A stretch of DNA of 64,000 bases from an uncultured delta proteobacterium (GTDB lineage: Bacteria; Myxococcota_A; Polyangia; Polyangiales; Polyangiaceae): the NCBI GenBank assembly GCA_963806225.1, contig CAWDXG010000004.1, forward strand, positions 3,776,001 to 3,840,000. The letters run 5' to 3'. The notes beneath the pieces are model-generated. The model worked only from the letters and a program-made list of their open reading frames with translations, ran no database searches and was not told the origin of the DNA. Both the position numbers and the translations under genes were made by a program. This document shows, piece by piece, positions 20,952-29,798 of the stretch (position 1 is its first letter; every line of letters starts with the position of its first letter).

Positions 20952-21845
20952 ATGACTGACCACGACCGGACCCGCGACCTCGAGCTCGCCATCGACGAGG
21001 TCGTCGCGAGCTACGACGGGCCGGAGGAAATCAACAACCTGGAGAGCGCCGCGCTGCCCAACAAGCGGGCGGTGGTCGAGGCCTTCAACCACATCAAGCC
21101 CGTCCTCTTCATGGGCTTCTTCAGCACCCGAGGGCTGAACCGCGACAACCTCCGCCACACGGTCAGCGAGCAGCTGTATCCGGCGTACGAGCTTCTGGTC
21201 GAGCAGATCAACCGCGCCGTGACCTACGAGGAGAGCGTGGGGCGCAGCGACACGCCGCGACCCCAGGGCTGGAGCTCGGAGGTCGTGCTCAGGCTGTTCC
21301 ACGCCCTGCCCGCAGTCCGCCGCATGCTCAACACGGATGCCCTGGCCACCTACGACGGCGACCCGGCGGCGAAGAGCCTGGAAGAGATCATCTTCAGCTA
21401 TCCGAACATCGGGGCCATCACGGCGCATCGCGTCGCGCACGTGCTGCATCTCGAAGGCGTCCCGATGATCCCGCGCATCATCAGCGAGTACGCCCACGGC
21501 GAGACGGGCATCGACCTCCACCCCGGCGCGCAGATCGGCGAGCGCTTCTTCATCGATCACGGCACCGGCACCGTCGTCGGCGAGACGACCGTCATCGGAA
21601 GGAACGTGAAGATCTACCAGGGTGTGACGCTGGGCGCGCTCAGCGTGCGGCGCTCGGACCGGCACGACCACCCGAACGGCAAGCAGCGCCACCCGACGCT
21701 GGAGGACAATGTCACGATCTACTCCGGCGCCACGATCCTGGGCGGAGACACGGTGATCGGCGAGGGCTCGGTCATCGGCGGCAACGTGTGGCTGGTCAAG
21801 TCGGTACCGCCGGGCTCCAAGATATTCGGCCGCGCGCGGGAGTAG
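20952..21845 (+). CDS. cysE: Serine O-acetyltransferase (CysE/EpsC type)
   Basis: [46 protein letters not shown]. Confidence 0.93.
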   Translation: MTDHDRTRDLELAIDEVVASYDGPEEINNLESAALPNKRAVVEAFNHIKPVLFMGFFSTRGLNRDNLRHTVSEQLYPAYELLVEQINRAVTYEESVGRSDTPRPQGWSSEVVLRLFHALPAVRRMLNTDALATYDGDPAAKSLEEIIFSYPNIGAITAHRVAHVLHLEGVPMIPRIISEYAHGETGIDLHPGAQIGERFFIDHGTGTVVGETTVIGRNVKIYQGVTLGALSVRRSDRHDHPNGKQRHPTLEDNVTIYSGATILGGDTVIGEGSVIGGNVWLVKSVPPGSKIFGRARE

Positions 21846-21879
21846 CGGCCGCATGCGCTCCGTGGTGAAGTAGGCGCCG

Positions 21880-22464
21880 ATGAGAGGGCTTGTGGCTTGC
21901 CTGGGCAGCGCGTTCGCCGTAGCCGCGTGCGCGCAGACGATCGATCCCGAGAGACATCCCGCCTACACGGGGGGCAGCGCGGGCACGGCCGCGAGCGGCG
22001 GCTCTAGCAGCTCCGGCGGCAGCGCGGGCCGCGAGCGAGTGGCGGTTCGGCGGGTAGCGGCGGCAATGCGGGCAACGCCGGCTCGAGCGGGAGCGGCGGC
22101 TCGCAGCGGTAGCGGCGGAAGCGCGGGGCTCGAGCGGTAGCGGCGGAAGCGGCGGTGCACATGGATCCGGGCCTCGTGCTGCCCGGCCCAGGCGGCGCGT
22201 CCGTGCACGACCCCCGGCTCCGGCACCAGCTGCGGCTATCTGGAAGTGTGCCGCATCGCCGGGCCCGACTCGGGCCGCTGCGAGTCCTGCGACAACTGCG
22301 GCAACCTCGGCGCCTACTGCACGACCAACCGTGACTGCGACATCCTTTTCCAGTGCTACCAGCACACCTGCACGAACATCTGCCCGCTGGGCACCAGCTA
22401 CTGCGGCCCCGTCGCCGACTGCCTCGACGTCGGGAACAGCAAGTACGGCGTATGCAAGCCGTGA
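21880..22464 (+). CDS. Small Cys-rich lipoprotein with Gly-rich linker (frameshifted in the linker)
   Basis: MRGLVACLGSAFAVAAC lipobox; C-terminal CESCDNCGNLGAYC...GVCKP in another frame. Confidence 0.65.
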
Positions 22465-22470
22465 CGGCCG

Positions 22471-23618
22471 CTATACGATCTCGAGCGGATCGCGGTCGCG
22501 CTTCGAGACGACGGCGCTGAGCCTTCCGCCTCCGAGCTCCACCAGGCGCTCGGCCAGCGTGGGCAGATAGCCCCGTTCGGTGTTGGTGTGGTCGCAGAGC
22601 ACAACGCTGGTGCCGGTCGCGACGCGGGCGAGCACGTCGTGGTGGCGCATCTCGCCGGTGAGCAGCAGCTCGGGGCCGCGGAGCTTCTCGAACAGCGAGC
22701 CTCCGGCGCCGGCGCACACGGCGGCCTTGGCGATGGGCGCGCCCGAGCGATGCTCCGGCGCCGCGGCGACGCGCACGCGCTCGAGGCCGAGGTGCGACTT
22801 GATGCGGGCGACGAGCACGTCGAGCTTCGCCGGCTCCCGCAGCGCGACGAGCCGGCCCATGCCGGAGCCGGGGCGCGGCTTCTGCGCGAGCGGATACACA
22901 TCCCAGGCGGGCTCCTCGTAGGGGTGCACGCGACGGATGGCCTCGGCCGCGCGTGGCAGCTGGCGGCGGCCGCACACCATTTCCATGCGGACTTCCTCGA
23001 CCGTCTCGAGCTGCCCGCTCTTGCCGACGGCGGGGTTCGTGCCCTCGTGGCCGAGGAAGGTCCCGTGGCCGCCCAGGTTGTAGCTGCAGTGGGAGTAGTT
23101 GCCGATCCATCCGGCGCCGGCTTCGGTGGAGCGCATCGCGTAGCGCGCTGGTGTTTTCCTCCGGCACGAAAACGACGAGCTTGAATTCGTCGCCCTCGAA
23201 GGATTGCTCGATGGGCGCGCTTTCTCCCTCGCCCAGCGCTGCGGCGAGCCAGTCGTTGACGCCGCCGGGCGCGGCGTCGAGCGCGGTATGCGGCGAGTAG
23301 ATGGCGATGCCGGCGCGCACGGCGGTGAGCAGCACGCGGCTCTGCGGCGCATCGGCCGTGAGGCGCTTGAGCCCGCGGAAGATGGGCGGGTGGTAGGCGA
23401 CCACGAGCTCGGCGCGCTCTTCCAGCGCCTCTTCCAGCACCGCCTCGGTCAGATCGATAGTCAGAAGTGCGCGGCTCACCGGCGCAGCCCTGCGCGAAGC
23501 TGGCTCGGCTGCGGCCACGGGCTCGAGCAGGAGCCCCACGTTGTCCCAGTCCTCCGCGAACCCAGGGCGGCGCGATCGACTCCAGCAGCTCGACGAGGTG
23601 ACCTAGCGAAGTGGGCAT
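22471..23618 (-). CDS. Nif3-like dinuclear metal centre protein (frameshifts near 23565 and 23130)
   Basis: AEDWDNVGL, YHPPIF, YSPHTALD, GAGWIGNYSHCS (PII-like insert), HPYEEPAWD, TGEMRHH, HTNTER. Confidence 0.9.
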
Positions 23619-23716
23619 GGCGCTGATGTAACGCCGCCCCGGGGGGCCAAACAAGGGGGCGAAAATGCTCTTGCCGGGTTGCCGGGTCTGGGCCAGCCGA
23701 AGCATCATGCGCGACC

Positions 23717-24475
23717 ATGACCTGGCAGCAGCACTTCGCGCAGATGCACAACCTGGACAACGAGAACCCGCAGAAGTGGCAGATGGCCGAGCAGTTCGCG
23801 CAGGCCATCGGCGGGCAATTCCTGCAGGGGCACCAGACGGTCCAGAACAAGACCGACGGGGCGCTCGAGCTCCGCGGCCGCTACCAGAACTACCCGGTGC
23901 GGCTGAAGCTGGAGATGTCCTTCCTGGGGCTGGAATGGGAAATGAAGGCGACCAATCCGCCGAATACCACGCTGTACCTGCACTGGGACCTGGACGCGGT
24001 GCCGAACGTGGGACAGTTCCAGGGCCAGGCGGCCGACGACTGGGCCGAAGACGACGACGAGCAGAAGTACTTCTTCGCCAAGGGCTATTACCTGGACATC
24101 GACGCGAACGAGATCGACCGCCAGCTTTCCATGTACCAGTCGCTGCCCGAACCTGTGCGCCAGTCACTGGCCACCTACATGCCGGGCGACCAGATCATGC
24201 ACTACTACCTCTACGGACGCGGCGATCAGTTCCTGATGTTCAAGAACGAGGCGCACGAGCTGCCCGACCCGCTGAACCAGGTCGCGCGCGGCGTGTGGCT
24301 GATGGGGCAGGTGGCCTGGGGCCTGGCACAGATCGACCCGGCCCAGCTGCCCGGGCAATCGCAGCCCGCGCCGCAGGGCATGATGTACAAGATGACCTGC
24401 GCGTACTGCAGCTCGCTGTACCTCTGGAGCCAGAACCAGGCGTGTCCGAACTGCGGAGCGCCGCCGCAGGGCTGA
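23717..24475 (+). CDS. Hypothetical protein with C-terminal zinc ribbon
   Basis: Strong GC3 codon pattern; C-terminal CAYC...CPNCGAP. Confidence 0.75.
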   Translation: MTWQQHFAQMHNLDNENPQKWQMAEQFAQAIGGQFLQGHQTVQNKTDGALELRGRYQNYPVRLKLEMSFLGLEWEMKATNPPNTTLYLHWDLDAVPNVGQFQGQAADDWAEDDDEQKYFFAKGYYLDIDANEIDRQLSMYQSLPEPVRQSLATYMPGDQIMHYYLYGRGDQFLMFKNEAHELPDPLNQVARGVWLMGQVAWGLAQIDPAQLPGQSQPAPQGMMYKMTCAYCSSLYLWSQNQACPNCGAPPQG

Positions 24476-24525
24476 TCGGCGGACGGACGTGGCCACGCGG
24501 CCGCGGGTGATCTACGACTCGCGGC

Positions 24526-25088
24526 GTGACTGAAACGGCTCTGCCCTTCGGGGCGCGGTTTTTCCTGGCTTTCGCGGCATTTTTCGCCGTGTTGTTCGAC
24601 GGCGCCTTCGCGGCGCAGGTGCAGCAGCTGAAGAGCGGAGCCCCCGAGCTGCCGCCGGCGCCCGAACCGGAGCCGGAACCCGAGCCCGCGCCCGTCAAGG
24701 AGAAGCGGAACCTGGAGCCGGCGCTGCAGCTCCTGTCGCTGCTGCAGCGCGAGGGCCGGCTGGTAGACTTCCTGCAGCAGGACATCGCCGACTTCAGCGA
24801 CGCGGACATCGGCGCGGCGGCGCGCGTGGTGCACGACGGCTGCGCCAAGGCGCTGGGCGCGCACGCGAAGATCGAGCCCTTGCGCAGCGAGAACGAGGGG
24901 GCGCGCGTGACGCTCCGAAGCCGGCTTCGACGCCGCGGCGGTGAAGCTGACGGGAAACGTCTCGGGCAAGCCGCCGTTTTCCGGCGTGCTCCGGCATCGC
25001 GGCTGGCGCGCGGCATCCGATCGAGCTGCCGGAGCTGGTGGGCGAGTACGACGCGACCGTGCTGGCGCCGGCGGAGGTCGAGCTGTGA
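24526..25088 (+). CDS. DUF2760-type protein (frameshifts near 24915 and 25020)
   Basis: ALQLLSLLQREGRLVDFLQQDI, IGAAARVVHDGC, LTGNVSGKPPFSGVLRHRGW, LAPAEVEL; stop overlaps the Hsp70 start. Confidence 0.85.
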
Positions 25089-26908
25089 GCGAGGCGCGCT
25101 TCGCCGTCGGCATCGACCTGGGCACTACGCACTCGGCGCTGGCAGCAGTGGAGCTCGAGCGCGAGCAGGGCCACCCGGAGGTGTTCGCGGTGCCGCAGCT
25201 GGTCGCGCGCGCGGCGGTGGAAGCACGGGCGCTCTTGCCGTCGTTCGTGTACTTCGCGCACGAGAGCGAAGGGCGCGCTATCGCTGCCGTGGGACAAGAG
25301 ACCGCAGCGTTCGCGGTGGGCGAGTTCGCACGCTCCCGTGGCGTGGAGTCGCCGGTGCGGTTGGTATCGAGCGCGAAGAGCTGGCTGTCGCACACTGGCA
25401 TCGACCGCCGCGCACCGGTACTGCCTATCGGTGCGCCGGACGACGTGGAAAAGATCTCGCCGGTCGAGGCCTCGTGGCGCTATCTCGATCACCTGGCGGA
25501 AGCGTGGCAGCACGAGCGCGGCACGGACGCGCCGCTGCCGGAACAGGAAGTCGTGCTCACGGTGCCTGCATCCTTCGACGCGGCCGCGCGCGACCTGACG
25601 GTCGAGGCAGCGTACGCTGCGGGCTTCGAGAATGTCACGCTGCTGGAGGAGCCGCAGGCGGCCCTCTACGCCTGGATCGAAAGCGCCGGCGACGGCTGGC
25701 GCAAGCACCTGTCGCCCGGCGACGTGGTGCTGGTCGTCGACATCGGCGGCGGCACGACGGATTTCTCGGCGATTGCCTGCGTGGAGCGCGAAGGCTCGCT
25801 GGAGCTCTATCGCATCGCCGTCGGCGATCACATCCTGCTAGGCGGCGACAACATGGACCTGGCGCTGGCCCACACCGTCAAGCAGAAGCTCGCCGAAGCG
25901 GGCACCGAGCTCGACCGCTGGCAGCTCGGCGCGCTCTCGCACGCCTGCCGCGCGGCGAAGGAAAAGCTGCTGGGCGGCCCCGACGCGACGGCCGTGCCAG
26001 TGGTGCTGCCGAGCCGCGGCTCGCAGCTGCTGGGCGGCTCGATCCGCAGCGAGCTGACGCGCGAGGAGGTCGAGCGGGTCATCGTGGAAGGCTTTTTCCC
26101 GGTGGTGGAAGCGAGCGCCAAGCCCGCGCGGCGGGCGCGGTCGGCGCTCACGCAGCTCGGTTTGCCGTACGCGGCCGACCCGGGCGTGACGCGGCACCTG
26201 GCCGACTTCCTGACGCGCCAGGCAGGCGCGACGGACCAGCTCGAGGGCGCACGCGCGCAAGGCGGCTCGCTATTGCACCCGACGTGGGTGCTGTTCAACG
26301 GCGGCGTGGTCAAGGCGCCAGCGCTGCGCGAGCGCGTCATTTCCACATTGAATACATGGCTCGAAGCCGACGGCGCGGCGCCCGCGCGCGTGCTACCCGG
26401 CGAGGACCCGGATCTGGCCGTGGCGCGCGGCGCGGCGTACTACGCGCTGGTGCGCCGCGGGCGCGGCTTGCGTATCCGCGGCGGTACGGCGCGCGCGTAC
26501 TATGTGGGCATCGAGAGCCCGATGCCGGCGGTACCGGGCGTCGAGCCGCCCATCAACGCCCTCTGCGTGGCGCCGTTCGGACTGGAAGAGGGCAGCGAAG
26601 TCGAGCTGCCGGAGCACCAGCTCGGTGTGGTTGTGGGCGAGCCCGTGAGCTTTCGCTTCTTCGGCTCCAGCGTGCGGCGCGACGACCAGGCAGGCACCGA
26701 GCTCGAGCGCTGGGCACCCGGCGAGCTCGAAGAGCTGTCGCCCATCGAGATCACGCTGCCCGCCGAGGGCCGCCGCGAAGGCGACGTCGTCCCCGTGAAG
26801 CTCGACGCGCGCGTGACCCCCGTCGGCACGCTGCTGCTCGAAGCCGTCCCGATCGAGCCGCTGAAGGACGACGAGCGCTGGAAGATCGAACTGAGTGTCC
26901 GATCCTAG
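25085..26908 (+). CDS. Hsp70-family protein (DUF2760-associated, not DnaK)
   Basis: GIDLGTTHS, TVPASFD, LLEEPQAA, DIGGGTTD, LLGGDNMD, DLAVARGAA. Confidence 0.92.
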   Translation: MSEARFAVGIDLGTTHSALAAVELEREQGHPEVFAVPQLVARAAVEARALLPSFVYFAHESEGRAIAAVGQETAAFAVGEFARSRGVESPVRLVSSAKSWLSHTGIDRRAPVLPIGAPDDVEKISPVEASWRYLDHLAEAWQHERGTDAPLPEQEVVLTVPASFDAAARDLTVEAAYAAGFENVTLLEEPQAALYAWIESAGDGWRKHLSPGDVVLVVDIGGGTTDFSAIACVEREGSLELYRIAVGDHILLGGDNMDLALAHTVKQKLAEAGTELDRWQLGALSHACRAAKEKLLGGPDATAVPVVLPSRGSQLLGGSIRSELTREEVERVIVEGFFPVVEASAKPARRARSALTQLGLPYAADPGVTRHLADFLTRQAGATDQLEGARAQGGSLLHPTWVLFNGGVVKAPALRERVISTLNTWLEADGAAPARVLPGEDPDLAVARGAAYYALVRRGRGLRIRGGTARAYYVGIESPMPAVPGVEPPINALCVAPFGLEEGSEVELPEHQLGVVVGEPVSFRFFGSSVRRDDQAGTELERWAPGELEELSPIEITLPAEGRREGDVVPVKLDARVTPVGTLLLEAVPIEPLKDDERWKIELSVRS

Positions 26909-26956
26909 CAATCGCGGGTGGTGGCAATTTGCAGATTGCCGTGGCATGTCCGCTCC

Positions 26957-27784
26957 ATGAAGCGGCTACTTGCTTTTTCCTTCCTGATGTCGTTTTCAAT
27001 TGCCGCGTGCAGCAGCGGCTCGGGGCGAGGCAACCTGGAACCGGACGGCGGCCTGGGTGGCAACAGCTTCGGCGGGAGCAGCTCCGGCGGGAGCGGAGGG
27101 TCGACGACGGGCGCCGGCAGCATTGCGCTCTCGGTGCCCAGCGCGTCGGCTCCGTCCCAGGTCGCGAGCTCGTCGCCGTCAGCCGGCAACACCTTCGCAG
27201 AGCTCGATGTCACCCTGCAGAACAAGTCGAGCTCGACTCCCGTGTCGATGAACTTCGCGCTGTTCACGCTCGGCACCGATCAGTCGCTCGTGCTGAACTC
27301 GTCGGGCTTGAGCGGCTCGGTCACTCCCGAATGCTCGCCGAGCACGTCGGTGGCAACCGGCGGCAGCTTCAGCTGCAAGCTGGTGTTCGAAGTACCGACC
27401 GGCCAGAAGGCGACCACGATCTACTACGACGACAAGCAGGGGCACCAGGCATCGGCACCGGTTCCGGCCATTGCCGCTCCGCCGCCTTCGACGTGCGAGC
27501 AGTCCGCAACCGTACTGACAGCAGCTTTTGCCAACCCGAGCGGCCCATGCGGTCAGTGCGTGTTCGACGGTCTTCAGCCGGGCTCCGCAAGTTGCGGCGC
27601 GGAGAGCACTGCGGCGACGAACGCGTGTTCCGGGCAGAACTGCTTCAACAACTGCGTGGGCAGCAGCGGTGGCACCCCTGCGGCATTCTGCTCATGCTAC
27701 CAGTCCTGCGCCGACGCAGCGTGCTGGGCGGCCGCCCAGACCGACCTGGCGTGCATCGCGAAGGCCTGCGCCTCGTCGTGCTGA
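26957..27784 (+). CDS. Lipoprotein with a DUF4352-like Ig domain and Cys-rich C-terminus
   Basis: SIAAC lipobox; FAELDVTLQNKS...FTL...LVFEVP; Cys-rich tail. Confidence 0.7.
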   Translation: MKRLLAFSFLMSFSIAACSSGSGRGNLEPDGGLGGNSFGGSSSGGSGGSTTGAGSIALSVPSASAPSQVASSSPSAGNTFAELDVTLQNKSSSTPVSMNFALFTLGTDQSLVLNSSGLSGSVTPECSPSTSVATGGSFSCKLVFEVPTGQKATTIYYDDKQGHQASAPVPAIAAPPPSTCEQSATVLTAAFANPSGPCGQCVFDGLQPGSASCGAESTAATNACSGQNCFNNCVGSSGGTPAAFCSCYQSCADAACWAAAQTDLACIAKACASSC

Positions 27785-27867
27785 GGGCCTGACCGCTCCG
27801 CCCTGCACGGCGGACCGCACGCGAACCCTTTCCGTCGCCATCGGCTCGGACCCAGCGAAGGTCCCTC

Positions 27868-28267
27868 ATGAGCATCACGAGCGTGGTCGGTGTAGCTGTC
27901 GCCATCCTGTTGGTTCTGTTCTTCGGGCTCAACCTCTGGATTCCGCCTGCGCAGCAAGGCGATGGAGGGCAAGCCCCTTCCGGACGTGCCGGGAAGCATC
28001 GGCAGGAAGCTCGCCCACGCGAACCGCGCACTGGTCTACTTCATGAGCCCAGGCTGCGCCGCCTGCCGGCCGCTGACTCCGAAGGTGAAGGAGCTGAGCC
28101 GCAAGAACTCCAACGTGTTCGTGGTCGACGTGACGCACCAGCTCGAGGTGGCAAGGGCGCTGCATGTGATGGCCACGCCGAGCACCGTCGAGGTCGATCA
28201 CGGCCACATCGTCAAGGTGCACGTCGGGGCATTGCCCCCCGACGTGCTCGCGCGGTTCGCCGGCTAG
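27868..28267 (+). CDS. Membrane-anchored thioredoxin-family protein (frameshift near 27945)
   Basis: N-terminal TM helix in one frame; FMSPGCAACRP (CxxC) and VMATP in the next. Confidence 0.8.
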
Positions 28268-29622
28268 GGCTTGGGCGCGGGCTTCGGGGGCTTGGGCGGA
28301 GCCTTCGTTCCCGCCGCTCCGTGCATCGCAGTTGGCGGCATCATGGCGCCCCTCGGACCGCGCATCAAAGCCGGCGGCACCATTCCCGGCCGCCCCTTCG
28401 CGGGCCTCTTTGGCACGATTGTTCCGTTGACGATCGCCTCGATGCGACGCTTCACGGCGGCGTCCTGTCCGGTGGCTTTCGCATAGTGCGACAGCACTCG
28501 CTTGAACGCCGCCTTCGGCGCGCCGAGCGCGTGCATCACGTCCAGTGCGCTGGAGCGGGCCAGCCAGTGCGCGTCCAGATCGCCGGCCAGCGACTCGAGC
28601 GCCTTGAGGAGCTGGTCCTTCTTGTACCAGGGCTTGACCTGGTCGAGCCACGCGACGCCAGCCGGGTGCCGGGCCTTGTCGTAGTCGGTGCGCGCCGCGC
28701 GCAGGCTGCTGATCGCCGCGTAGGGCGGAACCTGCTGGGTGCGCGGCGTCTGCTGGAGCACCTGCAGGGTCAGCTCGTAGGCCTGCTTCAGCGGCTTCGG
28801 CGGCAGCGGATAGCCCGTCCAGGCGGTGATCAGCCCGCGGAAACAGCCCTGCGCGAGCTGGGGAGGCGTGTCCTTGGCGAGCAGGAACTTCTTGAACTCG
28901 TCGACCGCAGCCGGGTTCTCGCTGCCGTACAGCCGGCTGCACAGGTAGGAGCGGAGCTGGACCGACGAATCCTTGTCGAGCTTGTCCGTGACCTTCTTGA
29001 ACCCGCCGTCGATAGCGGCACCCGCGGGAGTGAGGAGCCAGCCCAGCGCCTCCATCTGCACCCGCGGCGAGGGGCTGTCGGCCGACTGCATCAGGAGCTT
29101 GCCGATGGCGGCGTTACCCTGCTGGTGCGAGCCGAGCGCGCGCAGCATGGACACCAGCACGCCGGGCACCTTCTCCTTCTGCGCGGCCGCGAGCAGGGCC
29201 TGCCGGGTCGGCTCGCTCGTCCCGGCCTTGGCGCCCATCATCCGCGCGGACATCAGGCGCACGGCAGGGCTCTTGTCCGCGAGATGCTTCGTCCCGAGCG
29301 CCGCACCCTCCGCCGCGGGGTCCCTGGACTGCCACTTCCGGACGCGCGCCTGGTTGAACTTCCGGTAGTCGGGGCAACGGGGCTGGATGCCGTTGTCGTC
29401 GACCTTGCAGTTCCGGAGCGCGAGCAGCAGTGTCTCCTCGATCTGCGGGGTCAACCGCTGCGACCTGTCGGCTAGAAACGCGGCGACGGGATCCGGCGCC
29501 GCGGCGGCGCTGGCTGAAGCGGACGGCGCTTGATCGACCTTGTCCTTCTTGTGAACGCAGGCGGCGAGGGTACCGAGACTGGCCAGGGCCAGGGTCAGGG
29601 CGAGGGGGCGGAGAGAATGCAT
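28264..29622 (-). CDS. Lipoprotein with HEAT-like helical repeats
   Basis: LAAC lipobox; LADKSPAVRL, DSPSPRVQ, DSSVQLRS; Pro/Lys-rich tail. Confidence 0.7.
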   Translation of the reverse strand: MHSLRPLALTLALASLGTLAACVHKKDKVDQAPSASASAAAAPDPVAAFLADRSQRLTPQIEETLLLALRNCKVDDNGIQPRCPDYRKFNQARVRKWQSRDPAAEGAALGTKHLADKSPAVRLMSARMMGAKAGTSEPTRQALLAAAQKEKVPGVLVSMLRALGSHQQGNAAIGKLLMQSADSPSPRVQMEALGWLLTPAGAAIDGGFKKVTDKLDKDSSVQLRSYLCSRLYGSENPAAVDEFKKFLLAKDTPPQLAQGCFRGLITAWTGYPLPPKPLKQAYELTLQVLQQTPRTQQVPPYAAISSLRAARTDYDKARHPAGVAWLDQVKPWYKKDQLLKALESLAGDLDAHWLARSSALDVMHALGAPKAAFKRVLSHYAKATGQDAAVKRRIEAIVNGTIVPKRPAKGRPGMVPPALMRGPRGAMMPPTAMHGAAGTKAPPKPPKPAPKP

Positions 29623-29685
29623 GGAGGAGCTCCTTTTCGCCTGCGTGGCCTAGCACGGCGCGAGCCACAGGAAAGCCGCAAACAG

Positions 29686-29719
29686 CGACGCCGCGCTACC
29701 CGTAGGTGGCGCGGCGTCG
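29686..29719 (-). terminator. Probable intrinsic terminator of the decaheme cytochrome gene
   Basis: CGACGCCGCGCTACC-CGTA-GGTGGCGCGGCGTCG stem, followed on the minus strand by CTGTTT. Confidence 0.55.
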
Positions 29720-29798
29720 TCGGGGCCTCGCGGCCCGCCCACGGAGAGTGCCCGGCCGTCCGGGCGCTCCCCGCGGAGCGTTCGTACCGAGGAAGGAG

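Noticed and set aside
24526..27792. 1088-aa DUF2760 fusion ORF
   Set aside because: Read-through caused by a frameshift near 24915; the rest is an Arg-rich shadow frame over the Hsp70 and lipoprotein genes
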